Shown: positions 19,918-31,689, counted from the first letter of the stretch. The stretch is DNA of 64,000 nucleotides from Aeromicrobium sp. (GCA_025964895.1 JAOPXY010000032.1:2495-66494), one strand, 5' to 3'. Numbers and translations: made by a program. Notes: generated by a model not told the origin, from the letters alone.

Positions 19918-21770
19918 GCCCCGACCTCCACCGCTCGATCGAGGCCGTGTGGCGGATCGAGTCGACCAGGCTCGTCGCGGCGTTGGCGCGCATGACGCGC
20001 GACGTCGGCCTCGCGGAGGACCTCGCCCAGGACGCCCTCGTGGCGGCCCTCGTGCAGTGGCCCGCGTCCGGCGTGCCGGACAACCCCGGCGCCTGGCTCA
20101 TGGCGGTCGCCAAGCGCCGGGCGATCGACGGCTTCCGCCGTCGTGAGCGGCACGACGCCGCGTACGCCGTGATCGCCCAGCGAGAGGGACGCGGATTCGT
20201 GGACGACATCGCCGGCGCCGTCGACCACGTCGACGACGACGTCCTGCGGCTCATGTTCGTCTGCTGCCACCCCGCGCTCGGCGCCGACGCGCAGGTGACG
20301 CTGACGCTTCGCCTCCTCGCGGGGCTGACGACGGGCGAGATCGCCCGGTCGTTCCTGACGTCCGAGCCCACCATCGCGGCGCGCATCACCCGCGCCAAGA
20401 AGACGCTGGCCGAGGTCGACGCCGTGACCGACGAGCCGTCCGGTGACGAGAGGGCCGAGCGCCTCGGCGCCGTCATGCGGGTCGTGTACCTGCTGTTCAA
20501 CGAGGGCTACTCGGCCACGTCGGGGGACGACTGGCTGCGTCCCACCCTGTGCGACGAGGCGATCCGGCTCGGACGCATCCTGGCCGCGCTGGTGCCCCGA
20601 GAGCCCGAGGTGCACGGACTCGTCGCCCTGATGGAGCTGCAGCACTCGCGGGCCTCCGCGCGCACGGGTGCGGACGGCTCTCCGGTGCTCCTGCTCGATC
20701 AGGACCGCTCACGCTGGGACGGGCTGCTGGTCCGCCGTGGTCTCGCGGCGCTCGAGCGTGCCGCGGCGCTCGGAACCGAGCCCGGTCCCTACGTGCTGCA
20801 GGCCGAGATCGCGGCCTGCCACGCCCGTGCGCGGACCGCAGGTGCCACCGACTGGCATCGCATCGCCTCGCTGTACGAGGCGCTCGCGATCGCGACGGGA
20901 TCGGCGGTCGTCGAGCTCAACCGCGCCGTCGCCGTGTCGAGGGCCGACGGACCGTCGGCGGGCCTCGCGCTGCTCGACCAGCTCGCGGAGGTGCCGGCGC
21001 TCGCCGGGTACCACCTGCTGCCCAGCGTCCGCGCCGATATTTTCCAGCAGCTGGGTCGCCTCGACGAGGCCCGCGCCCAGAACGAGCTCGCCGCCTCCTT
21101 GACCAGCAATGCGCAGGAGCGGACGATGCTGCTGAAGCGGGCCGCGGCCCTCGCCCCCGACCACCGTCCGAAAGGACCCCCGCATGATCGACGACTCGCC
21201 CGCCGACGCCCACCGCCGGATCGCGGCGGTCTTCACCGAGCGCGTGGACGGCGTCGCCGAATGGGACGCGCCAGCGCCCGTCAACGGCTGGGTCGCGCGC
21301 GACGTCGTCGATCATCTCGTGACATGGCTCCCGGGCTTCCTCGACGGTGGGGGCGTGACGCTCGGGGCCGTCCCGCCCGTTGCCGACGACCCGGTGCTGG
21401 CATGGCACCGGCACGTGGTGGCGGTGCAGGCGCTCCTGGAGTCGCCGCGGGCCGCCGAGGAGTTCACCCACCCGCACGCCGGGACACGCATCCTCGGCGA
21501 CGTCGTCCGCGACTTCTACATCGCCGACGTCTTCATGCATACGTGGGACCTCGCCCGCGCCACCGGTCAGGACGACACGCTCGACCCCACGCTGTGCGAG
21601 TCCATGCTCGAGGGCATGATCCCGATCGACGGCATGCTGCGCGCGTCCGGCCAGTACGGTCCCGCTGTCCCGGTGCCGGCCGGTGCCCCCGCCCAGGACC
21701 GACTGATGGGCTTCATCGGCCGCGACCCCGCCTGGCACCCCTGACCCCACCCCCGGGCGGATCGGGGTAG
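19914..21770 (+). CDS. ECF42-type RNA polymerase sigma factor; ORF reads through the next gene (native end probably near 21187)
   Basis: LAEDLAQDAL...PDNPGAWL...AKRRAID, DDVLRLMFVCCHP, YLLFNEGY and a TPR-like tail; adjacent to the DGPF gene; no in-frame stop until 21770. Confidence 0.8.
   Translation: MSPDLHRSIEAVWRIESTRLVAALARMTRDVGLAEDLAQDALVAALVQWPASGVPDNPGAWLMAVAKRRAIDGFRRRERHDAAYAVIAQREGRGFVDDIAGAVDHVDDDVLRLMFVCCHPALGADAQVTLTLRLLAGLTTGEIARSFLTSEPTIAARITRAKKTLAEVDAVTDEPSGDERAERLGAVMRVVYLLFNEGYSATSGDDWLRPTLCDEAIRLGRILAALVPREPEVHGLVALMELQHSRASARTGADGSPVLLLDQDRSRWDGLLVRRGLAALERAAALGTEPGPYVLQAEIAACHARARTAGATDWHRIASLYEALAIATGSAVVELNRAVAVSRADGPSAGLALLDQLAEVPALAGYHLLPSVRADIFQQLGRLDEARAQNELAASLTSNAQERTMLLKRAAALAPDHRPKGPPHDRRLARRRPPPDRGGLHRARGRRRRMGRASARQRLGRARRRRSSRDMAPGLPRRWGRDARGRPARCRRPGAGMAPARGGGAGAPGVAAGRRGVHPPARRDTHPRRRRPRLLHRRRLHAYVGPRPRHRSGRHARPHAVRVHARGHDPDRRHAARVRPVRSRCPGAGRCPRPGPTDGLHRPRPRLAPLTPPPGGSG
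21184..21744 (+). CDS. TIGR03086-type DinB / maleylpyruvate-isomerase-like metal-binding protein
   Basis: WDAPAPVNGWVARDVVDHL, DVFMHTWDLARATGQ, LMGFIGRDP; AAAGGA RBS. Confidence 0.85.
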   Translation: MIDDSPADAHRRIAAVFTERVDGVAEWDAPAPVNGWVARDVVDHLVTWLPGFLDGGGVTLGAVPPVADDPVLAWHRHVVAVQALLESPRAAEEFTHPHAGTRILGDVVRDFYIADVFMHTWDLARATGQDDTLDPTLCESMLEGMIPIDGMLRASGQYGPAVPVPAGAPAQDRLMGFIGRDPAWHP

Positions 21771-21777
21771 GGGTCAG
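21743..21777. terminator. Hairpin between convergent genes
   Basis: TGACCCCACCCCCG / CGGGGTAGGGGTCA arms overlapping both stop codons. Confidence 0.55.
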
Positions 21778-22970
21778 AGACGGCCGGTGGTGCGGCCGAG
21801 GAGCTCGCGCTCGACGGGGGAGTAGCCCCGGGCGCGGGCGGTCAGGCGGACGTCGCCGATCTGCCTGGCCAGTGACTCGGCCTTCGCTTCCAGAGACGTT
21901 CTCGCGTCGGTGCCGACGTCGACGAGCAGCGCCATCGTGATCTCGCCGGTCGGTTGGTGCGCCCAACCGCCGACGATGCGGCCGTCCCACCACACCGTGG
22001 GGCCGGCGTTGCCGGTGATGTCGAACAGAACGGGACCGTGCTCGCCGAGGTACCAGTCGCGGCCCTTCCAGCCCATCGTCGTCGGGTCGAGCGCGGGCAG
22101 CAGCGCGCCCCACGGCTCGACCGGTGCGGTGGGCTCGAGATCGTCCGGCAGCACGAGCCCGACCACCCCGCCCAGATCGACCTCGATCGCACCGGCCGCT
22201 GCGAGGGCCCGGCGGGTGCGCGTCTTGGTCCACTTGGTCCACCACGTCAGGTCGGCCTCGGTGGCGGGCCCGAAGCGCGCGAGCCACCTGTGCGCCAGGG
22301 TCGCCTCGGCCTCGAGGGGGTCCATGGTCACGGCCGCCGAGGGAGCCCATCGGTCGAGCGCCGACCAGCGGAACTGCATCGACGTCCATGATCCCTTGGG
22401 GCGGCCGCGGACGATCTTGCCCTCGGCGGCGAGCACGGTGAGGATGCGGCTCGCGATCCGTACCGTCGTCTCGTTGCGGGTGCCGGCGGCCAGCACGACG
22501 GTGCGCGCCAGCCGTTCGTCGGCGGCCACGAGGTCTGCGGGCGTGACGTCGCCGAGATCGGCGAACACGGCCAGGGCCACCGGCTCGACCTCGTCGAGCC
22601 AGGCGTCTGGGTCGGCGACGCCTCCCGTGGCGAGCAACGCCACGAGCTTGCGCCGCTCGTCGCGGGCCACGTCATCGCCGGCCCCCGCGACGAGCACGGG
22701 CACATCGACGGTGGGGGCGACGAACACCGTGCGACGCATGGCCATGACCCGGACGAGTGTGCGGTCGTCGTAGAGCGCGCGCTCGACCTCGGTCACCCCT
22801 ACGCCCTCGGTGCGGGCCCAGGCGGCCAGGAAGGTCGAGCCCGGATCGGTGCCGTGCAGCGCCACGACGGAGGCAGCCGCGGCCACGACGTCGTCATCGC
22901 GGGTCCCGTCCGCGAGGCGGTGCCGCACACCGAGGCGCCGGCGTCTCTCGTCGGCGTCGAAGCGGTGCAC
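21774..22970 (-). CDS. HTH_42 winged-helix protein (AlkZ/YcaQ-like DNA glycosylase family)
   Basis: VALHGTDP...LAAWAR, LVRVMAMRRTVF, YLARFGPA-like WLARFGPATEAD, LLPALDPTTMG, DGRIVGGW. Confidence 0.82.
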   Translation of the reverse strand: MHRFDADERRRRLGVRHRLADGTRDDDVVAAAASVVALHGTDPGSTFLAAWARTEGVGVTEVERALYDDRTLVRVMAMRRTVFVAPTVDVPVLVAGAGDDVARDERRKLVALLATGGVADPDAWLDEVEPVALAVFADLGDVTPADLVAADERLARTVVLAAGTRNETTVRIASRILTVLAAEGKIVRGRPKGSWTSMQFRWSALDRWAPSAAVTMDPLEAEATLAHRWLARFGPATEADLTWWTKWTKTRTRRALAAAGAIEVDLGGVVGLVLPDDLEPTAPVEPWGALLPALDPTTMGWKGRDWYLGEHGPVLFDITGNAGPTVWWDGRIVGGWAHQPTGEITMALLVDVGTDARTSLEAKAESLARQIGDVRLTARARGYSPVERELLGRTTGRL

Positions 22971-23070
22971 GCCGTGAGGCTATCGGCGCCCACCGACAGG
23001 AAGGCGGCGGCCGGTGACGCACGTCACCCGTCCGCCGGCTTCACGATCCCCGCCGGCCGGTCTACCATCG

Positions 23071-23089
23071 AAACGAAACAGTTTCGTTT
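23071..23089. promoter_or_regulatory. Perfect inverted repeat (probable operator of the TetR-MMPL operon)
   Basis: AAACGAAAC-A-GTTTCGTTT, 11 bp before the TetR ATG. Confidence 0.7.
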
Positions 23090-23100
23090 TGGAGGCACGC

Positions 23101-23664
23101 ATGAGTCGAATGTCGGACGACCGGTTGGTCGAGCTCTACACCGGCACGCTCCAGCTCGTCGCCGAGCGCGGCTACGAGAAGCTGACGATGGACCAGATCG
23201 CCGAGGCGACGAAGAGCAGCAAGGCGACTCTCTACCGCCAGTGGGGCAGCAAGTCAGCACTCGTCGTCGAGGCCATGCGCTGCGTGGGCGATGCCGAGCA
23301 GGAGCTACCCGACACCGGGACGCTGCGGGGCGACCTCATGACGCTCGTGGATCGCAAGCAGGACCATGAGCACGACTCCGACCTCCTGGCGGCGATCATG
23401 CATGCGGTGCGTCAGGACGCGGAGCTCGCCGAGGCGGTCCGCAGCCAGATCCTCGAGCCCGGTCGCGAGCGCATCCGTGCCGTGATCCAGCGCGCCGTCA
23501 CCCGCGGCGAGGTCGCAGCCGACTGTCCCGCTCTGCCGTTCGTCGACTACATCTTCATCGCGCCGATCGTGCTGCACCACCTGATCGAAGGTGAGGAGCC
23601 CGCCCCCGAGTTCCTGCGCCGCTACTTCGACGGCGCGCTCCTGCCCGCCCTCGGCATCCACTGA
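23101..23664 (+). CDS. TetR family regulator
   Basis: GYEKLTMDQIAEATKSSKATLYRQWGSK helix-turn-helix. Confidence 0.9.
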   Translation: MSRMSDDRLVELYTGTLQLVAERGYEKLTMDQIAEATKSSKATLYRQWGSKSALVVEAMRCVGDAEQELPDTGTLRGDLMTLVDRKQDHEHDSDLLAAIMHAVRQDAELAEAVRSQILEPGRERIRAVIQRAVTRGEVAADCPALPFVDYIFIAPIVLHHLIEGEEPAPEFLRRYFDGALLPALGIH

Positions 23665-23694
23665 CCCGCACGACCCTTCCCTAGGAGAACTCGC

Positions 23695-25935
23695 ATGGCC
23701 TGGTACCTCTACCGCCTCGGACGCTGGTCGTTCCGGCGCCGCGGCATCGTCGTCTCGTTCTGGATCGGCCTGATGGTGCTGATGGGCGTCGGCGCCGGCA
23801 CGCTGTCGGGCCAGACGTCCGACAAGTTCACGATCCCCGGCGTCGAGTCGATCGACGCCTTCGACCTAATCAAGGAGCGCACGCCGGACGCGGCTCCCGA
23901 CGGCGCGACGGCGCGCATCGTGTTCCAGGCGCCCGAGGGCGAGCAGGTCACGTCCGCGAAGTACCAGGCCGCGATCGACGAGAGCCTGGCCTCGATCGAC
24001 TCGCCGAACGTCCTCGCGCCGCTGGACGCATCGGCGCTCACGACGTCCGAGGACGGCCGGACCGGCTTCGCGACGGTGTCGTACGCCAAGCAGTCGATCG
24101 AGCTGACCGACGCCGACCGGACGGCGCTGGAGGAGTCGCCCGAGGCCGCCGAGGCCGCGGGCCTGACGGTCGCGGTCGGCGGTGACGCGCTGCAGGAGAT
24201 CCCGGCGCAGGGCGCCACCGAGCTGATCGGTCTCGGCGTCGCCGTGCTCGTCCTGATGATCACGTTCGGATCGATGCTGCTGGCGGGGATGCCCCTCCTG
24301 ACGGCGATCGTCGGCGTGGGCATCGGTGTCGCGGGCATCCAGATCATGACGGGATTCATCGACCTGGGCTCCTCGACCCCGACCCTCGCGCTGATGCTCG
24401 GCCTGGCCGTGGGCATCGACTACGCCCTGTTCATCGCATCCCGGTACCGCCACGAGGTGCACCTGGGACGCGCCCGCGACGAGGCCGCCGGACGAGCCGT
24501 GGGCACCGCCGGCTCTGCCGTGGTGTTCGCGGGACTCACCGTCATCATCGCCCTCACGGGTCTGTCGATCGTCAACATCGACTTCCTGACCCAGATGGGC
24601 CTGGCCGCCGCCGCCACGGTCGCCGTGGCCGTGCTGATCGCCCTGACCCTGCTGCCCGCCCTGCTGGGCTTCGTCGGGGACAGGAAGGGCTGGAAGGTGC
24701 CGTTCGTCAAGGCGCCGGACCCGGAGGACCCCACGGTCAAGAACACGGTCGGCCGCCGCTGGGCCGACTTCGTCACGAAGCACCGGGTCACGACGCTCGT
24801 CGCGGGACTCGTGGTCGCCGGCGTCGTCGCGATCCCCGTCGCGTCGATGCAGCTCGCGCTGCCGGACGACGGCACGGCGCCCGACGGCACGGGGCCACGT
24901 GTGGCGTACGACCTGATCGCGGAGGACTTCGGCGCAGGCACCAACGGCCCCCTGCTCGTCGTGGTCGACACCAAGAACGCCGACGACCCGGCCGGTGCGG
25001 TGGCGTCGGTCGTGGAGAAGATCGAGTCGGTCAAGAAGGACGTCGCCGCGGTCGTGTCGCCGGTGCCTGCCGCGGACGCGACGCCCGAGGACGTCACGGC
25101 ATTCGACGATCAGCTCGCCGACGCGCAGCTGGCGACCATCACGGTCGTGCCCAAGAGCGGCCCGTCGGACGCCGACACCCAGGCGCTCGTCGACGACCTT
25201 CGCGACGCCGCCGCGACCGCCGACGGTGGCGCCACGGTCTACGTGACCGGCCAGACGGCCGTCGGCGTCGACATCTCCGAGCAGCTCGCGAAGGCGTTCC
25301 CGAAGTACCTGCTGGTCGTGGTCGGCCTCGCGTTCATCCTGCTGATGGTCGTGTTCCGTTCCGTCCTCGTGCCGCTCAAGGCTGTCGCGGGCTTCCTGCT
25401 CTCGGTCGGCGTCTCGCTCGGCGCGACGGTCGCGGTGTTCCAGTGGGGCTGGTTCGCCGACCTGATCGGCATTGACAAGTCCGGCCCCGTCCTGTTCTTG
25501 CTGCCGCTGCTGCTGACCGGCATCCTGTTCGGCCTCGCGATGGACTACGAGGTGTTCCTGGTGTCGCGCATGCGCGAGGAATTCGTCCACGGCCGCGGCG
25601 CGCAGGAGTCGGTCGTCTACGGCTTCCAGTACGGTGCCCGTGTCGTCACGGCGGCCGCGGTCATCATGATCGGCGTGTTCGGCAGCTTCGCCCTGGGCGA
25701 TGAGGTCGTCATCAAGTCGATCGGCTTCGGCCTCGCGGTCGGCGTGCTGGCGGACGCCTTCTTGGTCCGCATGATGATCGTCCCGGCGTTCATGGCGATC
25801 CTGGGCGCGAAGATGTGGTGGATGCCCGCGTGGCTCGACCGGATCGTCCCGAACCTCGACATCGAGGGGGAGTCGCTCGCGGCCCACGACCGTGACCGCG
25901 AGCGCGAGCTGAAGGAGCCCGTGCCCGTCGGCTGA
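23695..25935 (+). CDS. MMPL family RND transporter
   Basis: GLAVGIDYALF and LFGLAMDYEVFL signature TM segments; 746 aa. Confidence 0.93.
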   Translation: MAWYLYRLGRWSFRRRGIVVSFWIGLMVLMGVGAGTLSGQTSDKFTIPGVESIDAFDLIKERTPDAAPDGATARIVFQAPEGEQVTSAKYQAAIDESLASIDSPNVLAPLDASALTTSEDGRTGFATVSYAKQSIELTDADRTALEESPEAAEAAGLTVAVGGDALQEIPAQGATELIGLGVAVLVLMITFGSMLLAGMPLLTAIVGVGIGVAGIQIMTGFIDLGSSTPTLALMLGLAVGIDYALFIASRYRHEVHLGRARDEAAGRAVGTAGSAVVFAGLTVIIALTGLSIVNIDFLTQMGLAAAATVAVAVLIALTLLPALLGFVGDRKGWKVPFVKAPDPEDPTVKNTVGRRWADFVTKHRVTTLVAGLVVAGVVAIPVASMQLALPDDGTAPDGTGPRVAYDLIAEDFGAGTNGPLLVVVDTKNADDPAGAVASVVEKIESVKKDVAAVVSPVPAADATPEDVTAFDDQLADAQLATITVVPKSGPSDADTQALVDDLRDAAATADGGATVYVTGQTAVGVDISEQLAKAFPKYLLVVVGLAFILLMVVFRSVLVPLKAVAGFLLSVGVSLGATVAVFQWGWFADLIGIDKSGPVLFLLPLLLTGILFGLAMDYEVFLVSRMREEFVHGRGAQESVVYGFQYGARVVTAAAVIMIGVFGSFALGDEVVIKSIGFGLAVGVLADAFLVRMMIVPAFMAILGAKMWWMPAWLDRIVPNLDIEGESLAAHDRDRERELKEPVPVG

Positions 25936-25941
25936 GCCGAG

Positions 25942-25991
25942 CGGACGTCATCCCCCACGTGGCCTCTACGGTCCGTGGGGGATGACGTCCG
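25942..25991. terminator. Bidirectional terminator-like hairpin
   Basis: Perfect 18-bp arms CGGACGTCATCCCCCACG / CGTGGGGGATGACGTCCG between convergent genes. Confidence 0.7.
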
Positions 25992-25994
25992 TCG

Positions 25995-26474
25995 TCAGTC
26001 CTCGGTGTACTCGGCCAGGTCGCCCTGGGACTCGTGGATGTACGTGCGCTGCATCTTGACGTCGAGGTCGGCGACCATCTGGGCGATGATCGCGGCGATG
26101 AAGTCGTTGACCTGCCCACGCAGGTGGTCGGTGACCTCCGGCCGGACGTCGGCCAGCGCGACCGGCAGCGTGCGGTCGGAGTCGGAGCGGGTCACGACGA
26201 ACGCGGGGTCGTCACCGCTGACGGTGGGCCAGACGGCCACGCGCATCGACTCCTCGACGCCCTCGTGGCCGCGCGCCGTCGCGACGACCCGGGTCGTGAT
26301 GGTGCCCGACGACGGCTGCACGAGCCCCTCGGGGGCCACGTGGCTGCCGTCGTCGGTCGTGTCGACCGAGATGTCGGCCAGGTGCGCGATCTCCCGGCTG
26401 ATCTGCCGGTCCGTGGTCTCCCACAGCAGGCCGAGGATCGTGCGGCACAGGTCGTCGGTCGTCGCATCGCTCAT
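25995..26474 (-). CDS. Hypothetical protein
   Basis: 159-aa acidic ORF with typical codon usage; TAGGGT 6 nt before the ATG. Confidence 0.65.
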   Translation of the reverse strand: MSDATTDDLCRTILGLLWETTDRQISREIAHLADISVDTTDDGSHVAPEGLVQPSSGTITTRVVATARGHEGVEESMRVAVWPTVSGDDPAFVVTRSDSDRTLPVALADVRPEVTDHLRGQVNDFIAAIIAQMVADLDVKMQRTYIHESQGDLAEYTED

Positions 26475-26522
26475 GCCGACACCCTAGGTGCTGCCCGCCC
26501 GGGCCACCTCCCACCCGCCTGC

Positions 26523-26610
26523 GGTTTACCAGGTTAACCGGGTAAACCCCTGCAGTTACGGGCAAATATGCCCGTGGAGGTCGTGGTTTACCAGGTTAAC
26601 CTGGTAAACC
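26523..26610. repeat. Pair of 26-bp palindromes
   Basis: GGTTTACCAGGTTAACCGGGTAAACC (26523-26548) and the perfect palindrome GGTTTACCAGGTTAACCTGGTAAACC (26585-26610). Confidence 0.85.
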
Positions 26611-26629
26611 CCGCCCGCCGGAACGTGGG

Positions 26630-27259
26630 TCAGACGTTCCACTTCCAGGACGACAGCACCGAGGCGGCGAGGGCGCTACGGTCGTCCTCGGAGACGGTGT
26701 CGCTGAAGGAGAAGGTGATGACGTACGAGACGCCGGCGTGGATCGCGTTGAACTGGTCCGTCAGGTAGTCATTGCCGTTCTGCGACTGGACCGAGCTGAT
26801 CGAGACGGTCTCGTCGCCGTCGATCTCGGTGCGGTCGCCCACCGTGACGTCCTTCGAGCCGGCGCCCTCGAGCTCGGCCTTCAGCCCGTCCTCGAGCTGG
26901 TCGAGGTCGTCGATCGGGGCCGGGTCGAGGCGGATGACGTTGACGTTGTCGGCGAAGCCGTCGGCGTCGTCGAGGTCGGCGGCGAACGTGTCGGTCTGCT
27001 CCGTGCCCGGGATGTCCTGCTCGGGCTTCGCCCAGCCGTCAGGAACGGTGAACGAGTAGCCGGTTCCCTGGATCGTGTCGCCGTCGGGCGCCTCGACGTC
27101 CTCCTCGGGCGCCTCGTCGGTCGGCGCGTCGGCCGAGGGGGACGCCGACGTCGTGTCGTCGCTGGGGGAGTCGCCGTCGCTGCCGCCGCCACTGCAGCCG
27201 GCGAGCGCGATCGTGGAGACGAGGGCGAGGGCCGCAACGCGGCGAGTGAGGGAGCGCAT
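26630..27259 (-). CDS. Lipoprotein (PsbP/DcrB-like fold suspected)
   Basis: Lipobox LAGC, acidic Ser/Asp linker, GYSFTVPDGW...DNVNV beta-rich domain. Confidence 0.75.
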   Translation of the reverse strand: MRSLTRRVAALALVSTIALAGCSGGGSDGDSPSDDTTSASPSADAPTDEAPEEDVEAPDGDTIQGTGYSFTVPDGWAKPEQDIPGTEQTDTFAADLDDADGFADNVNVIRLDPAPIDDLDQLEDGLKAELEGAGSKDVTVGDRTEIDGDETVSISSVQSQNGNDYLTDQFNAIHAGVSYVITFSFSDTVSEDDRSALAASVLSSWKWNV

Positions 27260-27313
27260 ACGAGAAAAGTACGCGAGGAGGCGCCGGGGCGGAATTTGGG
27301 AGCCTCCTGCAAG

Positions 27314-27357
27314 GTTGATAACATCAGACTCAAGTCAGTTGACACACATTCTTGAGT
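27314..27357. promoter_or_regulatory. HAIR (HspR operator) region
   Basis: GTTGATA-N7-ACTCAAG at 27314-27334 against consensus CTTGAGT-N7-ACTCAAG, plus a CTTGAGT half-site at 27351; upstream of dnaK. Confidence 0.8.
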
Positions 27358-27391
27358 CAGATCCCGAACATCCACAGCAGGAGGAAACACC

Positions 27392-29229
<1,838 letters not shown>

Positions 29230-29233
<4 letters not shown>

Positions 29234-29817
29234 CCGAGCCTGACGGCTCGGTCCCCGAGGACGAGGTCGTGGAGCCTGCTCAGGAGACTGAGCAGGCCCC
29301 GGCCCCGGCCGAGCCGACGGCCCCCAGCGTGGAGGAGCAGCTGGCCGAGCGCACGCTCGACCTGCAGCGTCTCCAGGCGGAGTACGTCAACTACAAGCGG
29401 CGGGTCGACCGCGATCGCGAGCTCGTCCGCGCCCAGGGAGAGGCTGCCGTGCTGCAGTCGCTCCTGACGGTGCTCGACGACATCGCTCGCGCGGCAGACC
29501 ACGGCGAGCTCGCGGGCGGCTTCAAGGCCGTCGCCGACTCGCTGCAGCAGGCGGTCGCGAAGCACAAGCTCGAGGCTTTCGGGCTCAAGGGCGACGCCTT
29601 CGACCCGTCGCTGCACGAGGCGGTGTTCCACGCCGGCGAGTCCGCCGACGTGGAGGTCACCTCGGTCGACACCGTCATGCGGACGGGCTACCGGCACGGT
29701 GATCGGGTGCTGAGGCCCGCGACCGTCGGTGTCGTCGATCCGGCCGCCGCGGTGGCGCCCGCCGAGACCGCACCGGACGACGCGTCGGCACTGACCGACG
29801 AAGCACCTGACGAGTAA
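29230..29817 (+). CDS. grpE: Nucleotide exchange factor GrpE
   Basis: [37 protein letters not shown]. Confidence 0.97.
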
Positions 29818-29851
29818 CAAGCCGACGAGCAACACGAAGGAGGGGTGACAG

Positions 29852-30991
29852 ATGGCAGCCAGTGACTGGGCGACGAAGGACTTCTACAAGGTCCTCGGCG
29901 TCAAGAAGGATGCATCGGCGGACGAGATCAAGAAGGCGTACCGCAAGCTCGCACGCGAGAACCACCCCGACTCCAACCCCGGCAACGCGGCCGCCGAGGA
30001 GCGCTTCAAGGGTGTCTCCGAGGCGTACGCGGTGCTGTCGTCGGCCGAGAAGCGCAAGGAGTACGACGAGCAGCGCAGCATGTTCGGGCAGTTCCGCGGC
30101 GGTGCTCCCGGCGGATTCGGCGGGGGCGGCTTCCGGCCGCCGACCGGCGGACAGCAGGACTTCGACGTCAGCGACCTGCTCGGCGGGCTGTTCGGCAACC
30201 GGGGCCGACAGCGCCAGCGGCCGCAGGCCCGCAAGGGCGACGACCTCGAGACCGAGGCCACAATCACCTTCGAGCAGGCGGTCGACGGCGCGACGCTGCC
30301 GCTGCGCATGACGAGCGAAGAGGCCTGTCCGACGTGCCATGGCACGGGAGCGAAGCCGGGGACGACCCCGAAGGTGTGCTCGAAGTGCCAGGGCAGTGGC
30401 ATGCAGACCGGTGCCGCGGGCGGCTTGTTCGCGATGACGGAGCCCTGCGACCAGTGCCGCGGACGCGGGCTGATCGTCGAGCACCCGTGCGACATCTGCC
30501 GGGGCTCGGGGCGCGCGCCGTCGAGCCGCACGCTCAACGTCCGCATCCCGGCCGGCGTGAAGGACGGGCAGCGCATCCGGCTCAAGGGCAAGGGCGGCAA
30601 GGGCGAAAACGGTGGGCCCAACGGCGATCTGTTCCTCGTCGTGCACGTGGAGGCGCACCAGCTGTTCGGTCGCAAGGGCGACCACCTGACCATCACGGTG
30701 CCGATCGCCTTCGACGAGGCGGCGCTCGGCGCGCAGATCCAGGTGCCGACGCTCGACGGCCCGCCCGTGCGGCTCAAGATTCCGGCCGGCACGCCCAACG
30801 GCCGCACGTTCCGGGCCGGTGGCAAGGGTGCTGTGACGTCGGCGGGCGGCCGCGGCGATCTGCTCGTCACGGTCGAGGTGCAGGTGCCGTCCGATCTGTC
30901 GGACGAGGAGCGCGCTGCCGTCGAGGCGCTTCGCGAGGCCCGCGGTGCGATGACACCGCGTGACGGGCTCTTCGAGGTCGTGCCGTCGTGA
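29852..30991 (+). CDS. dnaJ: Chaperone DnaJ
   Basis: J domain with HPD; four CxxCxGxG repeats. Confidence 0.98.
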   Translation: MAASDWATKDFYKVLGVKKDASADEIKKAYRKLARENHPDSNPGNAAAEERFKGVSEAYAVLSSAEKRKEYDEQRSMFGQFRGGAPGGFGGGGFRPPTGGQQDFDVSDLLGGLFGNRGRQRQRPQARKGDDLETEATITFEQAVDGATLPLRMTSEEACPTCHGTGAKPGTTPKVCSKCQGSGMQTGAAGGLFAMTEPCDQCRGRGLIVEHPCDICRGSGRAPSSRTLNVRIPAGVKDGQRIRLKGKGGKGENGGPNGDLFLVVHVEAHQLFGRKGDHLTITVPIAFDEAALGAQIQVPTLDGPPVRLKIPAGTPNGRTFRAGGKGAVTSAGGRGDLLVTVEVQVPSDLSDEERAAVEALREARGAMTPRDGLFEVVPS

Positions 30992-31368
30992 CCGAGGGAT
31001 TCCAGCCGCCCGGCCCCGACGCCAAGGTCTTCGTGATCAGCGTCGCGGCCGAGCTGTCGGGACTGCACCCGCAGACGCTGCGCACGTACGACCGGCTCGG
31101 CCTCGTGGCCCCCGGTCGCACGGGCGGCGGTGGACGCCGGTACTCGCTGCACGACATCGAGCTGCTGCGCACCGTCGCCCGGCTGACCGCCGAGGGCCTG
31201 GGCCTGGAGGGCGTCAAGCGGGTCATCGAGCTGGAGAACCAGGTGCTGGCCCTGCAGGCCAAGGTCGCCGAGCTGCAGGCCGAGCTGGCGCAGTCGCAGC
31301 AGGTGCAGAACCTGCCCGCGCTGATCGCCGACAACCAGGTCGTGATCTGGCGCAAGATGCGCCGCTGA
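30988..31368 (+). CDS. hspR: Heat-shock repressor HspR (MerR family)
   Basis: [24 protein letters not shown]; last gene of the dnaK operon. Confidence 0.95.
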   Translation: MTEGFQPPGPDAKVFVISVAAELSGLHPQTLRTYDRLGLVAPGRTGGGGRRYSLHDIELLRTVARLTAEGLGLEGVKRVIELENQVLALQAKVAELQAELAQSQQVQNLPALIADNQVVIWRKMRR

Positions 31369-31429
31369 CCCCTCGCGGCGATTCTCCGTTTGTCTGGAAT
31401 CATCGACGTTCCGCGGGCAGGATGGGGGC

Positions 31430-31689
31430 ATGGTCACGATAACGAGCCACAGGTGTGGACGCTGATCGCGGTGTTCGCGGCCGCGATCTTCGCGATGTTC
31501 GGCCTGGTGTCGGGCCTGTTCACGCAGGTCGTCCGAGCCGAGATCGGCAAGGTCACGGTGCAGATCCGCGCCCTCGACCACAAGGTCGAGAAGCTCGACA
31601 GCAGGGTCGAGCGGCTGGAGCGCAAGGTCGACGACATCGACCGGGACGTGCAGGCCATCAGCCGTCACGTCTTCCCGGACCGTCCGTAG
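31430..31689 (+). CDS. Small membrane-anchored coiled-coil protein; 5' end apparently frameshifted
   Basis: NEPQVWTLIAVFAAAIFAMFGLV followed by heptad-like LDHKVEKLDSRVERLERKVDDIDRDV; the ATG at 31430 is one base out of frame. Confidence 0.6.

Noticed and set aside
26523-26610. Mini CRISPR array (two repeats with a 36-bp spacer)
   Set aside because: Only two copies, the repeat is a full loop-less palindrome, and no cas genes occur in the window.
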